From Selaginella moellendorffii (lineage: Eukaryota > Plantae > Lycopodiophyta): a DNA stretch of 64,000 nucleotides. Below, piece by piece: positions 25,959 through 43,298 of the stretch (position 1 is the first letter of the stretch; every line of letters starts with the position of its first letter). The notes beneath the pieces were generated by a model. It was not told where the DNA came from, ran no database searches, and was given only the letters and a program-made list of their open reading frames with translations. The DNA lies in assembly GCF_000143415.4 (NCBI RefSeq), contig NW_003314265.1, positions 1,756,446-1,820,445 on the forward strand, written 5' to 3'. Made by a program: the position numbers and the translations under genes.

Positions 25959-26903
25959 TGTAGTGCACTTTATCTCTCTTCCCTTAAGCCAACTGGAAAA
26001 GGGGCAATTGCTTGATAAGAGAGCCCTTAGTGGCTATTTTATCCCCATTTATCCCCCAAGGTTCCAAGGATCCACGATGACAGTATATCTAAATTTTATC
26101 CCATGATCACATGTGTTACACTCACCCCCCCTTCAGAGATGTCAATGTCCTCATTGACTATTGACTAACAACCCCTACTGAGCCAAGGGGAACCAGCACC
26201 TCCATTTCCGCACTGAATCTACCAATCCTTCCATTGTGTAGACTAGCTATCAATATATCCAAATCTTATCCCATGATCACATCATTGACTATTGACTAAC
26301 AACCCCTACTGAGCCAAGGGGAACCAGTACCTCCATTTCCGCACTGAATCTACCAATCCTTCCATTGTGTAGACCATCTATCAGTATATCCAAATCTTAT
26401 CTCATGATCACATGCACTACACTCACCCCCCTTCAGAGATGTCAATGTCCTCATTGACTATTGACTAACAAATCAAAATTATATACTATTATATACTATT
26501 GTTAGTATATCCAAATCTTATTCCATGTGAAGCAACTAGTCATCCACCCGTACCGCAGTCCCACGGTGGATACCTTCATCCGTGGATATTCCACACAAGA
26601 GGAAGGACGTACGCATGGATGCTCAATATGTACGATTTCATATTTAGGGGTAGGAATATACCTTACTCAAGGGTATATTATACTTTTAAGTAGCCACTAA
26701 TCAATGGGAATCGAACTTGTGCCATTTTCTCTGATACGAACTATAACGCACCTTATCTTTCTTCCCTTAAGCCAACTAAAAAAAGGGCAATTGCTTGATG
26801 AGAAAGCCTTTAGTGGCTATTTTATCCCCATTTATCCCCCAAGGTTTCAAGGATCCACGGTGACAGTATATCCAAATCTCATCCCATGATCACATGCACT
26901 ACA
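25959..26903 (-). mobile_element. TRIM (miniature non-autonomous LTR element D) with internal tandem duplications
   Basis: LTRs of about 162 bp at 25959-26120 and 26742-26903; TSD AAATC/AGATC; degenerate iMet PBS (CTCTGATACG on +) and PPT (CTCACCCCCCCTTC on +); the empty site is visible in B1 near 4482. Confidence 0.85.
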
Positions 26904-27761
26904 AGATCCCAGCCCATCTACAAGAAAACCCTAATAGTCTTCCATTATTTCGAGAGAAGGGGATGATTTGAGGGTTAAGTGTATGGCTACGATACTATAT
27001 ACTAATATTAGTGTAGTGGGATTTTGGTAGCCATCGGATTAGTTTCAATCCAGACCACTTACTCCTGTATATAAGTTAATTGATATGCACATTTTCTATC
27101 TTCCTTTGCATATTCCAAGCACTCACAGTAGTTTTAAAATTTTACTAGTTTTTTCTTAATGTCTAAAAAGGAGAGGGTTTTTCTTTAATGTTAACATGGG
27201 ATCTATGTATATGTAACTATGATTTCAGTACTTTTCATTTTCTCTTTGGTTTTTTTTTTATTTAGTAAAATTTTGCAATGGTTTTTAATTTAACATTACT
27301 ACATCTAATGATTAAATTTGTTCTAAATATTTCTGCAATGCAAGTTAACTTCAATTCATTGAGCCAAAGTTTTTTTTTTAAACTGTTTTCCTATTATATT
27401 TTAAATACATTTTTGCAACAACAAAGATTTCATAATGGTATTTTTTTCATAACTTTATTATCACTACCTCCTCAAAAAAACTAACTCTAAAATGGACATG
27501 GCTAAGCCTAGGATAGCCATTATTGTGCTCAAATCTTGATCACCCTTGCTCATCATGTTGTTCCCAATCCTCCCCCTCTGCCCTAGCTCCCACAACCCCT
27601 TCTTCTTGCCCCTGCTGCTGCCTCCCAAGACGTTCCATCGCCCACAAACCATTTTTCCTGCCGTCCATGTCATTGTCCCGCTTCACTTTGTTTTACGTAT
27701 TGACCGCTACAGCACGTGCCGCTAGTGGGGAATATATAACAACGAGGAACCGGAGCTTTGA

Positions 27762-30152
<2,391 letters not shown>

Positions 30153-30473
30153 AAAGACTCTTAATCGTATTAAATATGTTATAAGCTTTATACAAAGATG
30201 TTGCCGTCGATAGGGTACGAGATGGACGGCTGGATAGCGACCAGAGGCCCGAGCACGTGGCCCAATCCCCGGCGTCCTGCGTGGCGCCCTTATCTCCGTT
30301 GCTTGTTAGGACCGCTAAATCCGGCATCTGACGGTGCCCAGATGCTGGCAAAGAATAGAGCCATTTTTTCTGATTGGGGAAAGAAAGTTTGCAGCTCTCT
30401 TTCTTTTCCATTCTTTTTTTTCCCCCTTCGTGCTTTAAAGTGTGTGCATGGCTTAACTAGGAAGTGTTTATAT

Positions 30474-31876
30474 CAAGGTTAGTCCCAAGCATTCTAAATA
30501 ACGATCAGTCAACTGATCAACTGTGGTTATCGACTGGCCATGAAAGTGCCAAATGGTTGAATGGTTCATAAATTTTTTTTTATAAAAAAAGAAATATTTT
30601 TAGTAAAACCACATTAATAAAAGTAGAAAAACCAAAGCATTAAACTAAACCAAACTAAAGCAAAGTAAAGCATTAAACCAAACCAAACTAATTATTACTC
30701 ATCTTTTTCAACATTTGTGGCAAGTTCTTTGACATCTTTGGCATCTTTTTTAACAATCACATCCTCATTTAGATGATTTTCTTTAGTTAAATCTTTTATA
30801 CCAAGAGATTCAAGCCTAATTTGCATTTTTACAATTCTAATCCATTGTGGTTCGATTGCAATTGTGTCGAGATTAATATTTAAGAATTTTATTCCTTCAT
30901 TTTCAACACAATCTACCACTTTGGTTTTACTATGCACATAAACCAATTTCTTGAAGTTCTCCAGAAGTAAGCGATTGTGTCATTTGGTTTTGATTAAGTT
31001 CCAACTATTCTAAGTTTGCTCACATGGAAAAAAAACATATTCTTTGGCTCAATAAATGAAGTGTTAACTTCCTAAACTCAAGCATCTTATATTTATAGGA
31101 TTCCCATAAAAAACTAAGAATTTCATTTTTGTTTTGCTTTTTGGCAAGTCTTAATTGATAGCTCTTCCAATTCTTTGTTCAAACATATTGAATTGCTCAT
31201 TCAACTTCTCTTCTAACTGAATGTCCCCATAATAATAGATTGATAAGTAATCTGTCCAATCACTTCTTACTTCAGCATTTAAACCTTGCTTAAGGTACAA
31301 AGGATTCAAAGCATGTATAATATTGTGCATAGAGCTATGCATCATAAACCATCAAACTTTCCATCCATAAATAATTACATTTTCAACACCTAACTCCTTT
31401 GTTAAGCTTGGCAACATGGGACCATGCCCAATCGAGTGCCATTGTTACCAAAATTGCTAAAATTGCTAGAATCAAATCTTTGAAATCACTGGAATCCTTA
31501 TTTCCATTTTAAGGCAAAAATTACAGTTCAAGCATGGGCGATTTGCAAGGCCTGAAAGCGGAGGCCAACCGACTGGAGAGTGTCGCCCTACACACGCAGC
31601 TCCTATAGCCCTCTTGGTCAGATTTGATGTAGGTTTGCTGGGCTGGGCATTCGTGGATGGATGGATTGCTCCATAGCAGCAGGAGAACCAGCAAAGCAGT
31701 GGAGATGCAGTGGCGATGGCGATAGCCACAGCAACATCAGAAATCTAGCCATTGCAAGCACGATTGCCATTATAATCGCCATACGGAATCACCAAATGGA
31801 GCTGTCCGACTGCGTTCGGCCGACTGCGTTCAGCAGCGGTTGGGATTCCGGCCGAACGCAGTCAGGACCAACAATG
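30474..31876 (-). mobile_element. Degenerate hAT-superfamily DNA transposon
   Basis: Absent at the homologous site of copies 1 and 3; imperfect TIRs CAAGGTTAGTCC / GGACCAACAATG; remnants HALNPLY and CEQT..SWNLIKTK.HNRL...KLVYVHS resemble the hAT dimerisation domain; subterminal CGACTG repeats. Confidence 0.75.
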
Positions 31877-32077
31877 CCACATTCTCTTTCCAGAGATCTT
31901 CGCCCATCTGTGAGCCGCAGAGAATCGCCATAGAATACTCCCCAGGATCATCCATTCTTGTCCGCAGCCAGCCGCTAGCACGCGGTCAGCTCCTCCTCCC
32001 CTTCTTCCTTTCCTTGTTAATAAGGGGAGGGGAGCGATCGACCAATTTTGGGATGGTCACCGTTTAGATTCTTTCAT

Positions 32078-33348
32078 TCCTTCTTTCATTGTCACGAAGA
32101 ACCGAGTCCGGTATTGGCTAAATACGGCACTTTGCACCTGCAAAAATCCTAGGTGCATTATAGAACAATCCTTTCCTTGCTAATGCTTACCTCCATTCTC
32201 TGCACTTTCTCAAAAAAATCGAAGTACGGCATCTTCGGCCTGTATTTCCACCACCTTCAGGCAGCCCAGAAACATTGCGGAGGAATAACCGGTTCTTCTT
32301 TTTTCTCAGCAATATCCTTGGCCATCTCCTCGCTGTCCAAGAGGACAACAGCTTGTTAACGCATCAGTGTCATCAAGGAAGACAATCAGGAGGGAATCGA
32401 AATATCGGTTTTCGTGACCTTCGGCACCTTTGTTCAATTCTTGCGCTGCCGCTGCTTCATTGCTATCATCGTCCCACGCGTGCTCTCCAACGAACGAAGG
32501 ATCGTGACGATAACTCCCATCGGGTTGCAGTAGATGCTTTCGTACGCGAACACCGCCAGGCATATTTTCTCGCCATTGAAGCTTCTCCAGTCTATTCCAA
32601 ACAAAACAACAGATCCATCAAAAGACGTCTTCGAGACAAATCTAGCTTACTTGCGAACGTTTTCCAATGTTGGTTCTGGAATCGTTGCCTCTAAGTACGC
32701 TTCAGTCAATTCCTTGGCCTCTCTTTTGCTTAGCCGAGGTGTGGTTGCCGCTACGTAGAGACCTCGGAAGGAACCAATGACCAGGAGAAGGTACAGAACA
32801 AGCGCTCCAATGTGTTGAGCATCCAACTTCTGAGAAACAAAACCAAAAACAATACTGGTTTGAGAATCAACATCAATCTGCCAGAGAAATCATACCTTCG
32901 ATCGCTCCCATTGGTGCCAGGCTACGATTCGAGGCCATACCTTAAGCCTGAAATCCTCGAGCAGCTCCTCACCTTATCTTCCTCTAGCATCTTGCGCTGT
33001 TGACGCCGCTCTGTCAAAGACGTGAGACGCATTCTCGTGTAATTCCTTGTACCGAGCAGTCACGACCTCCTTAATCTTCTCTCCATCCACCCCAGCGTCG
33101 GCCTTTAGACCCTGGACAAAATTCCCGTAATCTCTGCTCAGCGCGGCTCTCAGCATTTGATTCCACGACTGCTCCGGCACCGATTGGTCGTCACTACTCA
33201 GCTGCGCGCTAGGGCGAGCTCGAAATCTACTCCTAGAGCCTGCATTTATCCTCTGGACGTCGCTGCCAAACGATCTATCCACAAAATCAGTACCGCAAGC
33301 GACCGCCGGGAGATGGAATGTCGGGGATGCTCTAGAGAGAGGCGCCAT
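32078..33348 (-). pseudogene. FTSH12: 3'-truncated FtsH12-like fragment (N-terminal region only), copy 2
   Basis: Paralogous to 8180-9575; in-frame ATG (MAPLSRASP) but a deletion gives a stop after AQDARGR; further internal deletion; same truncation point. Confidence 0.82.
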
Positions 33349-33486
33349 AGCCGAGAGCTTGCATTGCTCTCGGGGTTTAGGGCTTATGCTAGATAGATGC
33401 TCGGCGATTATTAAGAGGTATATTCTCCGGACTATCCACGTTGCTGCTAATGGGGAATATATAAGAACGAGGAAGCGGAGCTTTGA

Positions 33487-35826
<2,340 letters not shown>

Positions 35827-36396
35827 AAAAAAGTGTTCTTAGTTGTATTAAATATGCTATAAGCTTTATACAAAGATGTCGCCGTCCATAGGGTACCAGA
35901 TGGACGGCTAGATAGCGACCAGAGAAAAGGCGAGCATGAGCACGTGGCCCAATACCCAGTGTCCTGCGTGGCGCGCTTATCGCCGTTGCTTGTTAGGACC
36001 GCTAGATCCGGCATCCGACGGTGCCGACCTACCGGCAAAGAATAGAGCCCCGTGTATTTTGTCTGATTAGGGAAAGGAAGCTCGCGGCTCTCTTTCTTTT
36101 CTTCTCCCTCGTCCTCTTTCTTCCCCCTTCGCGCTCCGGAGCGCGTGCATAGCTTAGCTGGGGAGCATCCACATTCTCTTTCCGGAGATCTTCGCCCATC
36201 TGTGAGCCGCAGAGAATCGCCATAGAATACTCCCCAGGATCATCCATTCTTGTCCGTGGCAGCCAGCCGCTAGCGCGCGGTCAGCTTCTCCTCTTCTTCC
36301 TTTCCCTGTTAATAAGGGGAGGTGAGCGATCGACCAATTTTGGGATGGTGGCCTTCTAGATCAGGATCAGGGTTCCTCGCGGTCGGAGATTTTTTC

Positions 36397-36885
36397 ATGG
36401 GTTGGATTTGCAAAGTCATCCTAATGCCGCTGCGCCGCGCATGGGAGGTGGTGGTTCTCCGGATTCAGCACAACAAGCGCGGTACGTGTTCTTCCTTTGA
36501 TACCTTTTTCCGAAGTAGGAAAAATATCATCCTTGAATCCGTCAATGCGTAGATCTTTGAGCTTTTGCACCACCTCAAGACTGTACTTTTCGTTCCTGGT
36601 TCTTCCTTGTCGCTCTTGGTACTGCTGTCGCTGGCTTTTGTTCTTGATTTGTATCGCTTTGTTCGTGATTCCAATCTGATCTTCTCTCGTTTCTAAAGCT
36701 TCTGTTTCGTCTTTCCAGGCCGGCGCGGAATTGGGATGCTCTACGACGACGTTCAGCTGTGCGCTTACGAGGACGTCCAAGTTATGTGGTCCATGCTGCA
36801 GCACTCGTCCACGACAGAATCACAGCAGACGAGGTCGTCGAGGCTGTCCAAGTTTTGGCTCTGCCACAAGCCCCGGGCCTTCTGA
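36397..36885 (+). CDS. Small conserved plant protein of unknown function (about 83 aa, two exons: 36397-36481 and 36719-36885)
   Basis: Spliced (GT-AG) product MGWICKVILMPLRRAW...GIGMLYDDVQLCAYEDVQVMWSML..., carrying the L..DV..C.YEDV.VMW.ML motif of a widespread plant family. Confidence 0.8.
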
Positions 36886-37107
36886 GGCTCTCGGCAGAGC
36901 AGCGATCTCGTCCAGCTCCCACACAAGGTTCCTTTTCCCTTTTCCTGCTCTGGCTAAGAACAAGGCAGGGATCAAATCTTTCAGATGGGAGCGAGGAAAA
37001 CCAAAAAAGAAAACACAGAAGCAGAGCTATAGCTATAGGTGGGCATGGGGAGAAATAGTTCGAGTGGTCGTCAAGGTGTCTCAGTAGTGGCGCATATGTA
37101 GACAAGG

Positions 37108-37108
<1 letters not shown>

Positions 37109-37142
<34 letters not shown>

Positions 37143-37149
37143 CAGCAGC
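37109..37149. repeat. (CAG)n microsatellite
   Basis: Direct sequence. Confidence 0.9.
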
Positions 37150-37891
37150 TTTTCAAGGCGTGTAAATGAAATGCGGAAAGAGGGGAGGGATTGCCACTGT
37201 AATTATCACCAAAGGGGTCGAGAAAGAAAAAGAGGAAGAGCATCACCACCACCATCTTTTCTTTTGTGGTCGGTCACGGATAGATCACCCATCCTTCTCG
37301 ACACTCTTAGAAAGACCCCACTTTGATTCCCTTGCAGTCCAACCAAGTTCCACTTTCAATCAAGGACTGGATAGATAGATGGAAGTTTTATATACGTATA
37401 TATTTCTTTTCTAGTCTACTTGGTCCTCGAAGAACAACTTCCAAAGCTACCACTCCTTTTTCTCCTGGTGTTTAGGTGGCGCCATGGCGGTGTTCTTCCA
37501 GAAAAGAAAACTTCCAAAGTCCTTTTCATTGATCACGTCACAGATCTTTGAAAGCGGCCAAATTCCTGCCCTGGGAGGGATGGATCACGGCGGAGGAGAC
37601 CAAGTGAAAAAAAAAAAATCACCAAGAAAAAGAAACAAGATGTCACCAAAGATTGTTAAAGATCGCAATCCAATCCTGTGACAAGCGTCTGCGTCTCTGT
37701 TCTTCGAAGCATCTTATTCCTGTTTTGGGACCCGCGGAAGAGCCTTTGTCATCAAACACTGACATGGGAGCTGTACAGACCTCTTGTTTGCGTGATGAGC
37801 TTCTTCTTCTCCTGCTGCTGCTGCTGCTGTTTGGCGATGGTGGCGTTGTGTGATCCCCACCCCTCGCCCCTCCAACCAAGCTTTTCCTCGC

Positions 37892-40800
37892 CTAGCGAGA
37901 GTCCATTCCCACCGGCGGGGGTGGCCGGTCTCCCTTGATAACGTCCAGCAACATCTTCCGCCTGGCGTTCGCAAAGAAAGACTGGCGGTAGTCGAGCGCC
38001 TCCTCCATCTTGCGCAACCGGTCCAGCGCATCGTTGTCGTCCTGCTGCTTGCAACGTGTCCACACCTTGAGAGTCGTTTGACGAAACGGGCGGTGGTGGT
38101 TCTCAATCTGCCACGCAAAAAGGCCGCGCTGACAATCAGAAATCGAAAAGAAATCTGCCTGTACCATGGTCTGGAGAACGTCCAGTGCCGCATTTGCATC
38201 GTGGTTCACAATGTGTGCGTCAGCCAAAAGCATGTAAGTCCACTTGTCTGGCTTGAATCCCGCCTCCTTTATGTAGTCGTACACCCTCAGAGCGTCCTCC
38301 GTCTATACAGCAACACCAACAAACGGGAGTTAGAGACGCTCTTAGCCTGTAGCATGAAAACAAAAGCCGGCCTAACCATCTTCGTTCTTCCCAGCGCATG
38401 CAGCAGCGCATTGCAGGAGTGAATATCGGGCCTTAGGCCAAACACGCTCTCGATCGCTTCAAACGTCTGGTATGCACGCTCAGAATCCCAGAGGTTGGCA
38501 CACCCCTGAATAACGCAGTTGATGGCAGCTATAGACACACCTTGCTTTTTCGTGTGCGCCTCTTCCAGCTTGTAATAAGCCTGCAAAAAGAGAGAGACAT
38601 GAAAGAAGTGTTGAAAGCAATGACAAGGATAGGAATAACTCTTACCGCATCCAAAGCTGCCGCGCCACCTCGTGAGCACGCCGAAGCAAGCGACTTTAGC
38701 GACGTAAACGGCGAAAAGGCCTCCGTATCGCTGTCTTGCTTCCGCCCGTGATGGACCTCGAGCTCCCAGACTGCTCTAAAAGCTGTTGACATATCTCCAC
38801 TCAGAGCGAGGGCATGGATGCGAGCAAGATACGCCTCCACGGACGGGGTTTTCCCGATTCCTTGGGTGTGGTGAACGAGAGCCTCCCAAGCATGGTTGCA
38901 TAAAGCTGTATCACCTGTTCTTGCGGCTGTTCCCAGAACAGCTATCATAGTGCCTTCGTCCAATATCATCTTCGGACCGAACTTCGCCATGGGCCTTTCA
39001 GTGATAGCAGCTAACGCAAGGCGAGCGCACTCGTTGTCATCAACTTCACTCGCGGCCATCAGCAGCTCCGCGCAAGTGTTCAGCATCGGGAGAGGCAGTT
39101 TTCCAGCCTGACCAAGACAGAAAACATTCTCATCAGATACAATGGCATAACTCTTCCAGGGTCTCACCTTGAGATCTTTCAACAGAGAGGCCGCAAGCTT
39201 CGTCTGATGAGAACGGGCAGTGGCCAGAGCTACCTCGTTTATCGTTGTCCTGCTGGGCTCAAAGCCTTTGTCAAGCATGGCCTTCACGTACTTCGTAGCC
39301 GCCAAGACTTTGCGGTCATGTGCACACAGAACCACGACCAAGTTGTAGGAGTCAGCGTCGGGCTGTGCATGTGGCCCCTCCTTTTCCATTCTGCACGGTT
39401 AAAACCAGTAGCATAGTGCCACAAAGATAACGAAGAGCTTACTTACTGCTCGAGAAGCTTTTCGGCCATGGCTGAATCCTTCTTGCGAAACAGAGCGCGA
39501 ATGAGAATGTTGTAGCCGTTTAAGTCACGTGGAAGGCCCGACTCCTCCATCTCAGTCACCACCTCCTGGAGCTCCGCAAAGTTGGCCTCGTGCTTCACCT
39601 TCGCCTGCATGTAAAGGTTATACAGCCTCCGGTCTGGCTTGTTGCACTCGAGCGTGACAGGATTGATCTTCGTTCGCCAATCTTCGAAAAGAGCAATGGC
39701 CTCGGGAACCTTTCCTTCCGTCAGGCGGTTGTTCAGCTCGTCCGCTACAGCATTGGCGTCCATCGGAGCAGGCTCGGCGGCTGGAGTAGACAAAGAGAGG
39801 CGCAGAGAAGGTGGTGGAGTTGCCGGCGACGCTTCCACTGTTTCTTCCGGCTTTGCATTTAGAGCCTCAAATATGGGTGCGGCTGGCGATGGAGACTTGC
39901 CACCTTTCTCTACGCTCTCCAAGAGCATGTTAATAGCTGCGTTTGTCTTCTCCGCGGACGGCGAAGATGGATCAAACCGAGGTGAAAGCTTCGGCGACGA
40001 GGGAGGCTTCGCAGCATCTGGAGGAGTCTTATCTCCAGTCTCCCGGATCTTTGAACGAAGAAACTCGAAAACCGCGGTGTCCGCCAAAGGAGTCCCCGGC
40101 TTGCTCGACGTGGCGGCCTTCTTCGCCACCTTTGAAGGCACAACTTTGGTAGTCGCTGCTGCTGCTCCTGCTGCTGCTGCTTTCGGCTTCTCAGTTGCTG
40201 GCTTTGCTGCTGCCGGGGTCGCGGGTTTCTCCTCCTTTTTCTCACTCTTCGCGGTCTCTGGCTTTTCACCCTTGGGCTTCTCCGTAGTACTTTGAGACGC
40301 AGCTGGCTTCGCTTTGGCAGGCGAAGGACTACCAGTTTTCGTTGCAGCTTCTGGTGGAGCGGAAGCTGGTGGAGCAGGAGCTGGCGGAGTAGGGGCTGGA
40401 GGGGCAGGAGCACTTGGCACAACTGGAGCTAGAACTTCGGCGGGTGGCAATCCCTTGATAAACTCGTGGACACTCGCTGAGAGTTCCTCTAGGCTCTTCT
40501 TAGTTGTAGTGGACGTCGCAGCTTCTCCAGCTCCAGCGTCGACGGTGGCTTCCACCACTACCGATTCCTCATGCGAAAGTTCTCCTCCCTCCTCCATAAC
40601 ACTTTCCACCTCCACGGCACTCTCCTCCCCAACAGCACTCGCCTCCACAACACTTTCTACCTCCACAGCACTCTCCTCCAGAGAATTCTCCACTGGCTCA
40701 AGAACCTCTCCCTGGATCCCAGCTACTTCCACTCCATTCTCGGTCTCTTCCAATCTATAAGCTCCATCCTCCTGGGTCTGGAGGAGCTCCGCCTCCTCCT

Positions 40801-41170
40801 GCGAGTAAGCATGCAAGGCCGGATCGCCCTCTACCTCCTCCGCCTGAGCCTCTTGCTCTACCTCTTGCACCGCGGCCGGCGATACCTGGTTGCGATGGAA
40901 AAGCTTGGACAGGAAATCCAGTCCCAAGATGGACTTCTTCCTGGGGACTGAGCTCTCCGGATCGTCGGGAGCGCCCGGAGCTTGAAATACCTGCGGGGAA
41001 GAACCCACATTCCTCGCCAGAGGCACCAATCCCAATGCTACGATGCCCTGACATGGGGCACGACCCGATCCAGCGGCACCACTGCCAAGAACCCTCCCTG
41101 CCTGGAGCAGCCGCCCTAAGTCCTTCACTCGCTGATGCCGCTGCGTGCCAAGAACTCGCCACACAACCAT
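37892..41170 (-). CDS. P-type pentatricopeptide repeat protein, At1g26460-like (probably mitochondrial), with a long low-complexity N-terminal region; multi-exon
   Basis: AAINCVIQGCANLWDSERAYQTFEAI, FSPFTSL and TYMLLADAHIVN recognised from this orthologous group; PPR motifs; Arg-rich presequence-like start. Confidence 0.85.
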
Positions 41171-41353
41171 GACTCGGTATGGATCGCTGATCTAACCTGT
41201 GATGTCTCCCATCGCTGGGAAGAGCAGCCGTAACCGCGATGGCGACTCTCACATTCGTCTCCTACCTCTGGCACAAGGTTTAGGGTTTATCCCCAGACAA
41301 TCTTAACCGTCGGATAGAGTACAAAATTCCAGTCAGTTTGTCAAAATTCCGGA

Positions 41354-43298
41354 TCATAAAATGCCAGCCGGAAGATCCTTGCTAATTGCGATCTCCTGCT
41401 CGAAAAACGCAGAATGGAGCTCCCTGACGCAGCGCTCGGCCTCCGAATCATTCACTATCAACGAGATATTCACCTGTCAAAGCAAAAGGATGGTCGATCG
41501 AGCAAGAACAAAAGGAAGAACTTTTACCTTGGAAGCACCTTGTGAGATCATCTGGACCTTGATTCCCAGCTCCTCAAACACCGAGAAAACTTTCTTGAGC
41601 ACAAGGGAGGAGCGCTCCACGTTTCCAATCAGCGAGATGATGGAGCGCTTCTGTAGCAGCTTCACCTTTGCAATCTTGCGGAGCTTGGTCACCATGTTGT
41701 CCAGCTCTGTCTGGATCAAGTCGCGGCTCCAGATCTTAATGGGATCCAGCGTCAGCGAGATGCTAACCTCGCTGGTCGCCACCACGTCCACGGAGATCCC
41801 CAGCTCCTCGAAAGTCGAGAAAACTTTCGCCAGGAAACCAACCTGGCCCAGCATTCTCGTACTCACGATGTCCAGCATCGTTATGTTTCGCTTGAGAACA
41901 ATACTTGTAAGCAGTGTCTATGGGGAAAAACACAATTTTGTAAGCAAAAATCCTTGGAAACTTGTTCTTACCTCACTCATATCACGCTTCTTCGTGATGA
42001 GTGTTCCAGGAACGTGTGGATTGTAGGAGTTCTTCACGCGGACTGGAATGTTGGCCTCTCGCGCGGGCCTCATCGACTGTGGGTGTAGCACCTGGGCACC
42101 AAAGTACGCCAGCTCTGTAGCCTCGTCGAATGTGAGGCATGGAACTGGAACCGCGAGAGAGTGGACGTTGGGGTCGCAAGTTAGCACTCCATCGACATCC
42201 TTCCACACCTGGACTTCCCGTAAGCCAAGAGCTTTTCCTATCACCGTGGCCGTCAAGTCGCTTCCACCTCTTCCTAAGGTGGTGATGGCACCAGTTTTCT
42301 CTCCCTTTCCCAGAAAGCCCGTGAACACTGGCACTGCCTGATCTCTCCTCCAGTCTTCGTGCAACCGCTTCGCCACCGCCGGATAAGTTGCCTCCAGGAT
42401 CTCCGCATTTCGAAACTCGTCAGTTGTGATAAACCCCGCCTCAAAAGCATCGTACTGCCTCGCCTTGACTCCAATCTTGTTGAGGTATGCCGCAAAAACC
42501 CTCGTCGACAGGCGCTCGCCGAATGAGACGAGGTTGTCTTGCGTGCGGGGGGTCAGCTCTTTCATCAGCGCGATGCCTGTAAGGAGCATGCCAAGCTCCT
42601 CGAACAAATCTAGGAAGATAAAAGAGAACAAGGTAAGAAACAAAACGAGAAAACAAGATGGAAAAACAAAACCGGAGACGAAAGTTTACCTGAAAACACA
42701 GCCTGGTCAATACCAAGTTCCTTGGCAGTACGAACATGGAGATCCTTGATCACAGAAAACTCTTCAATGTAGCAAGTCATTGGAACTCCACAATGGAGGG
42801 CCTTCTCGCCAGCCTGCACAAAAGAACTTAGAAGTTGATAAGTTTTTCTAGAAGAGAGAAAGTCCATACCGCAAGCAAGTTGTTCGTAGTCTTTCCCATG
42901 GCCGACAAAACTAGCACAGGCCTTTCACCCGGAAAGCTTTGCACGAGCGTCGCAACCTCCTTCATCCTCGCCGCAGACGACACAGAAGAGCCCCCAAACT
43001 TCATCACGCAAGTCAGCCCATCCGCGAAACTCTTCTCGCCATCTCCAACCTCCAGTGCCTGGCGATTCACGTCGTGGAGCGACGATTTCCTGTGCTCAAG
43101 CTCCTCCTGCGTCGTGGAAACCACCGCAGTAGCCGCCCCATTCGAAATACATCCAATCCATGCTACCCCTCTCACCAATCTACACTGTAATGTCGACGAA
43201 TTCGCGAAGCAGTGGGAGCTCCTGGGCGGAGGCGCCAGATGCAAGCTAGAGCTGCTGTAATCTGGGAGAACCCGGCGGGCCAGCCACGGCCCGGCCAT
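41354..43298 (-). CDS. AK: Monofunctional (lysine-sensitive) aspartate kinase, plastid-targeted; multi-exon
   Basis: VMKFGGSS, VLSAMGKTT, SFGERLS, TTLGRGGSDLTA, WKDVDGVLTCDP, two ACT domains (GQVGFLAKVF; MISQGASKVNIS). Confidence 0.95.

Larger units (their letters stand above)
9923..27127 (+). mobile_element. Ty3/gypsy LTR retrotransposon copy B2, full span, with three nested insertions; degenerate
   Basis: 5' LTR 9923-10098 (TG...CA) and 3' LTR 26967-27127; 4-bp TSD GTAG (9919-9922, 27128-27131); PBS-like TGGTGAAGATG after the 5' LTR; gag about 10420-11250, protease (LVDTGS), RT (CIDYRPLNE, FTKLDL), RNase H and integrase to about 14286, resuming at 20748 and 25750. Confidence 0.9.

Noticed and set aside
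25959-26120. Possible Cassandra-type TRIM
   Set aside because: No 5S rRNA-like A/C box segment visible in the LTR
36900-37400. Possible MIRNA locus near the CAG tract
   Set aside because: No conserved plant miRNA sequence or convincing long hairpin recognised
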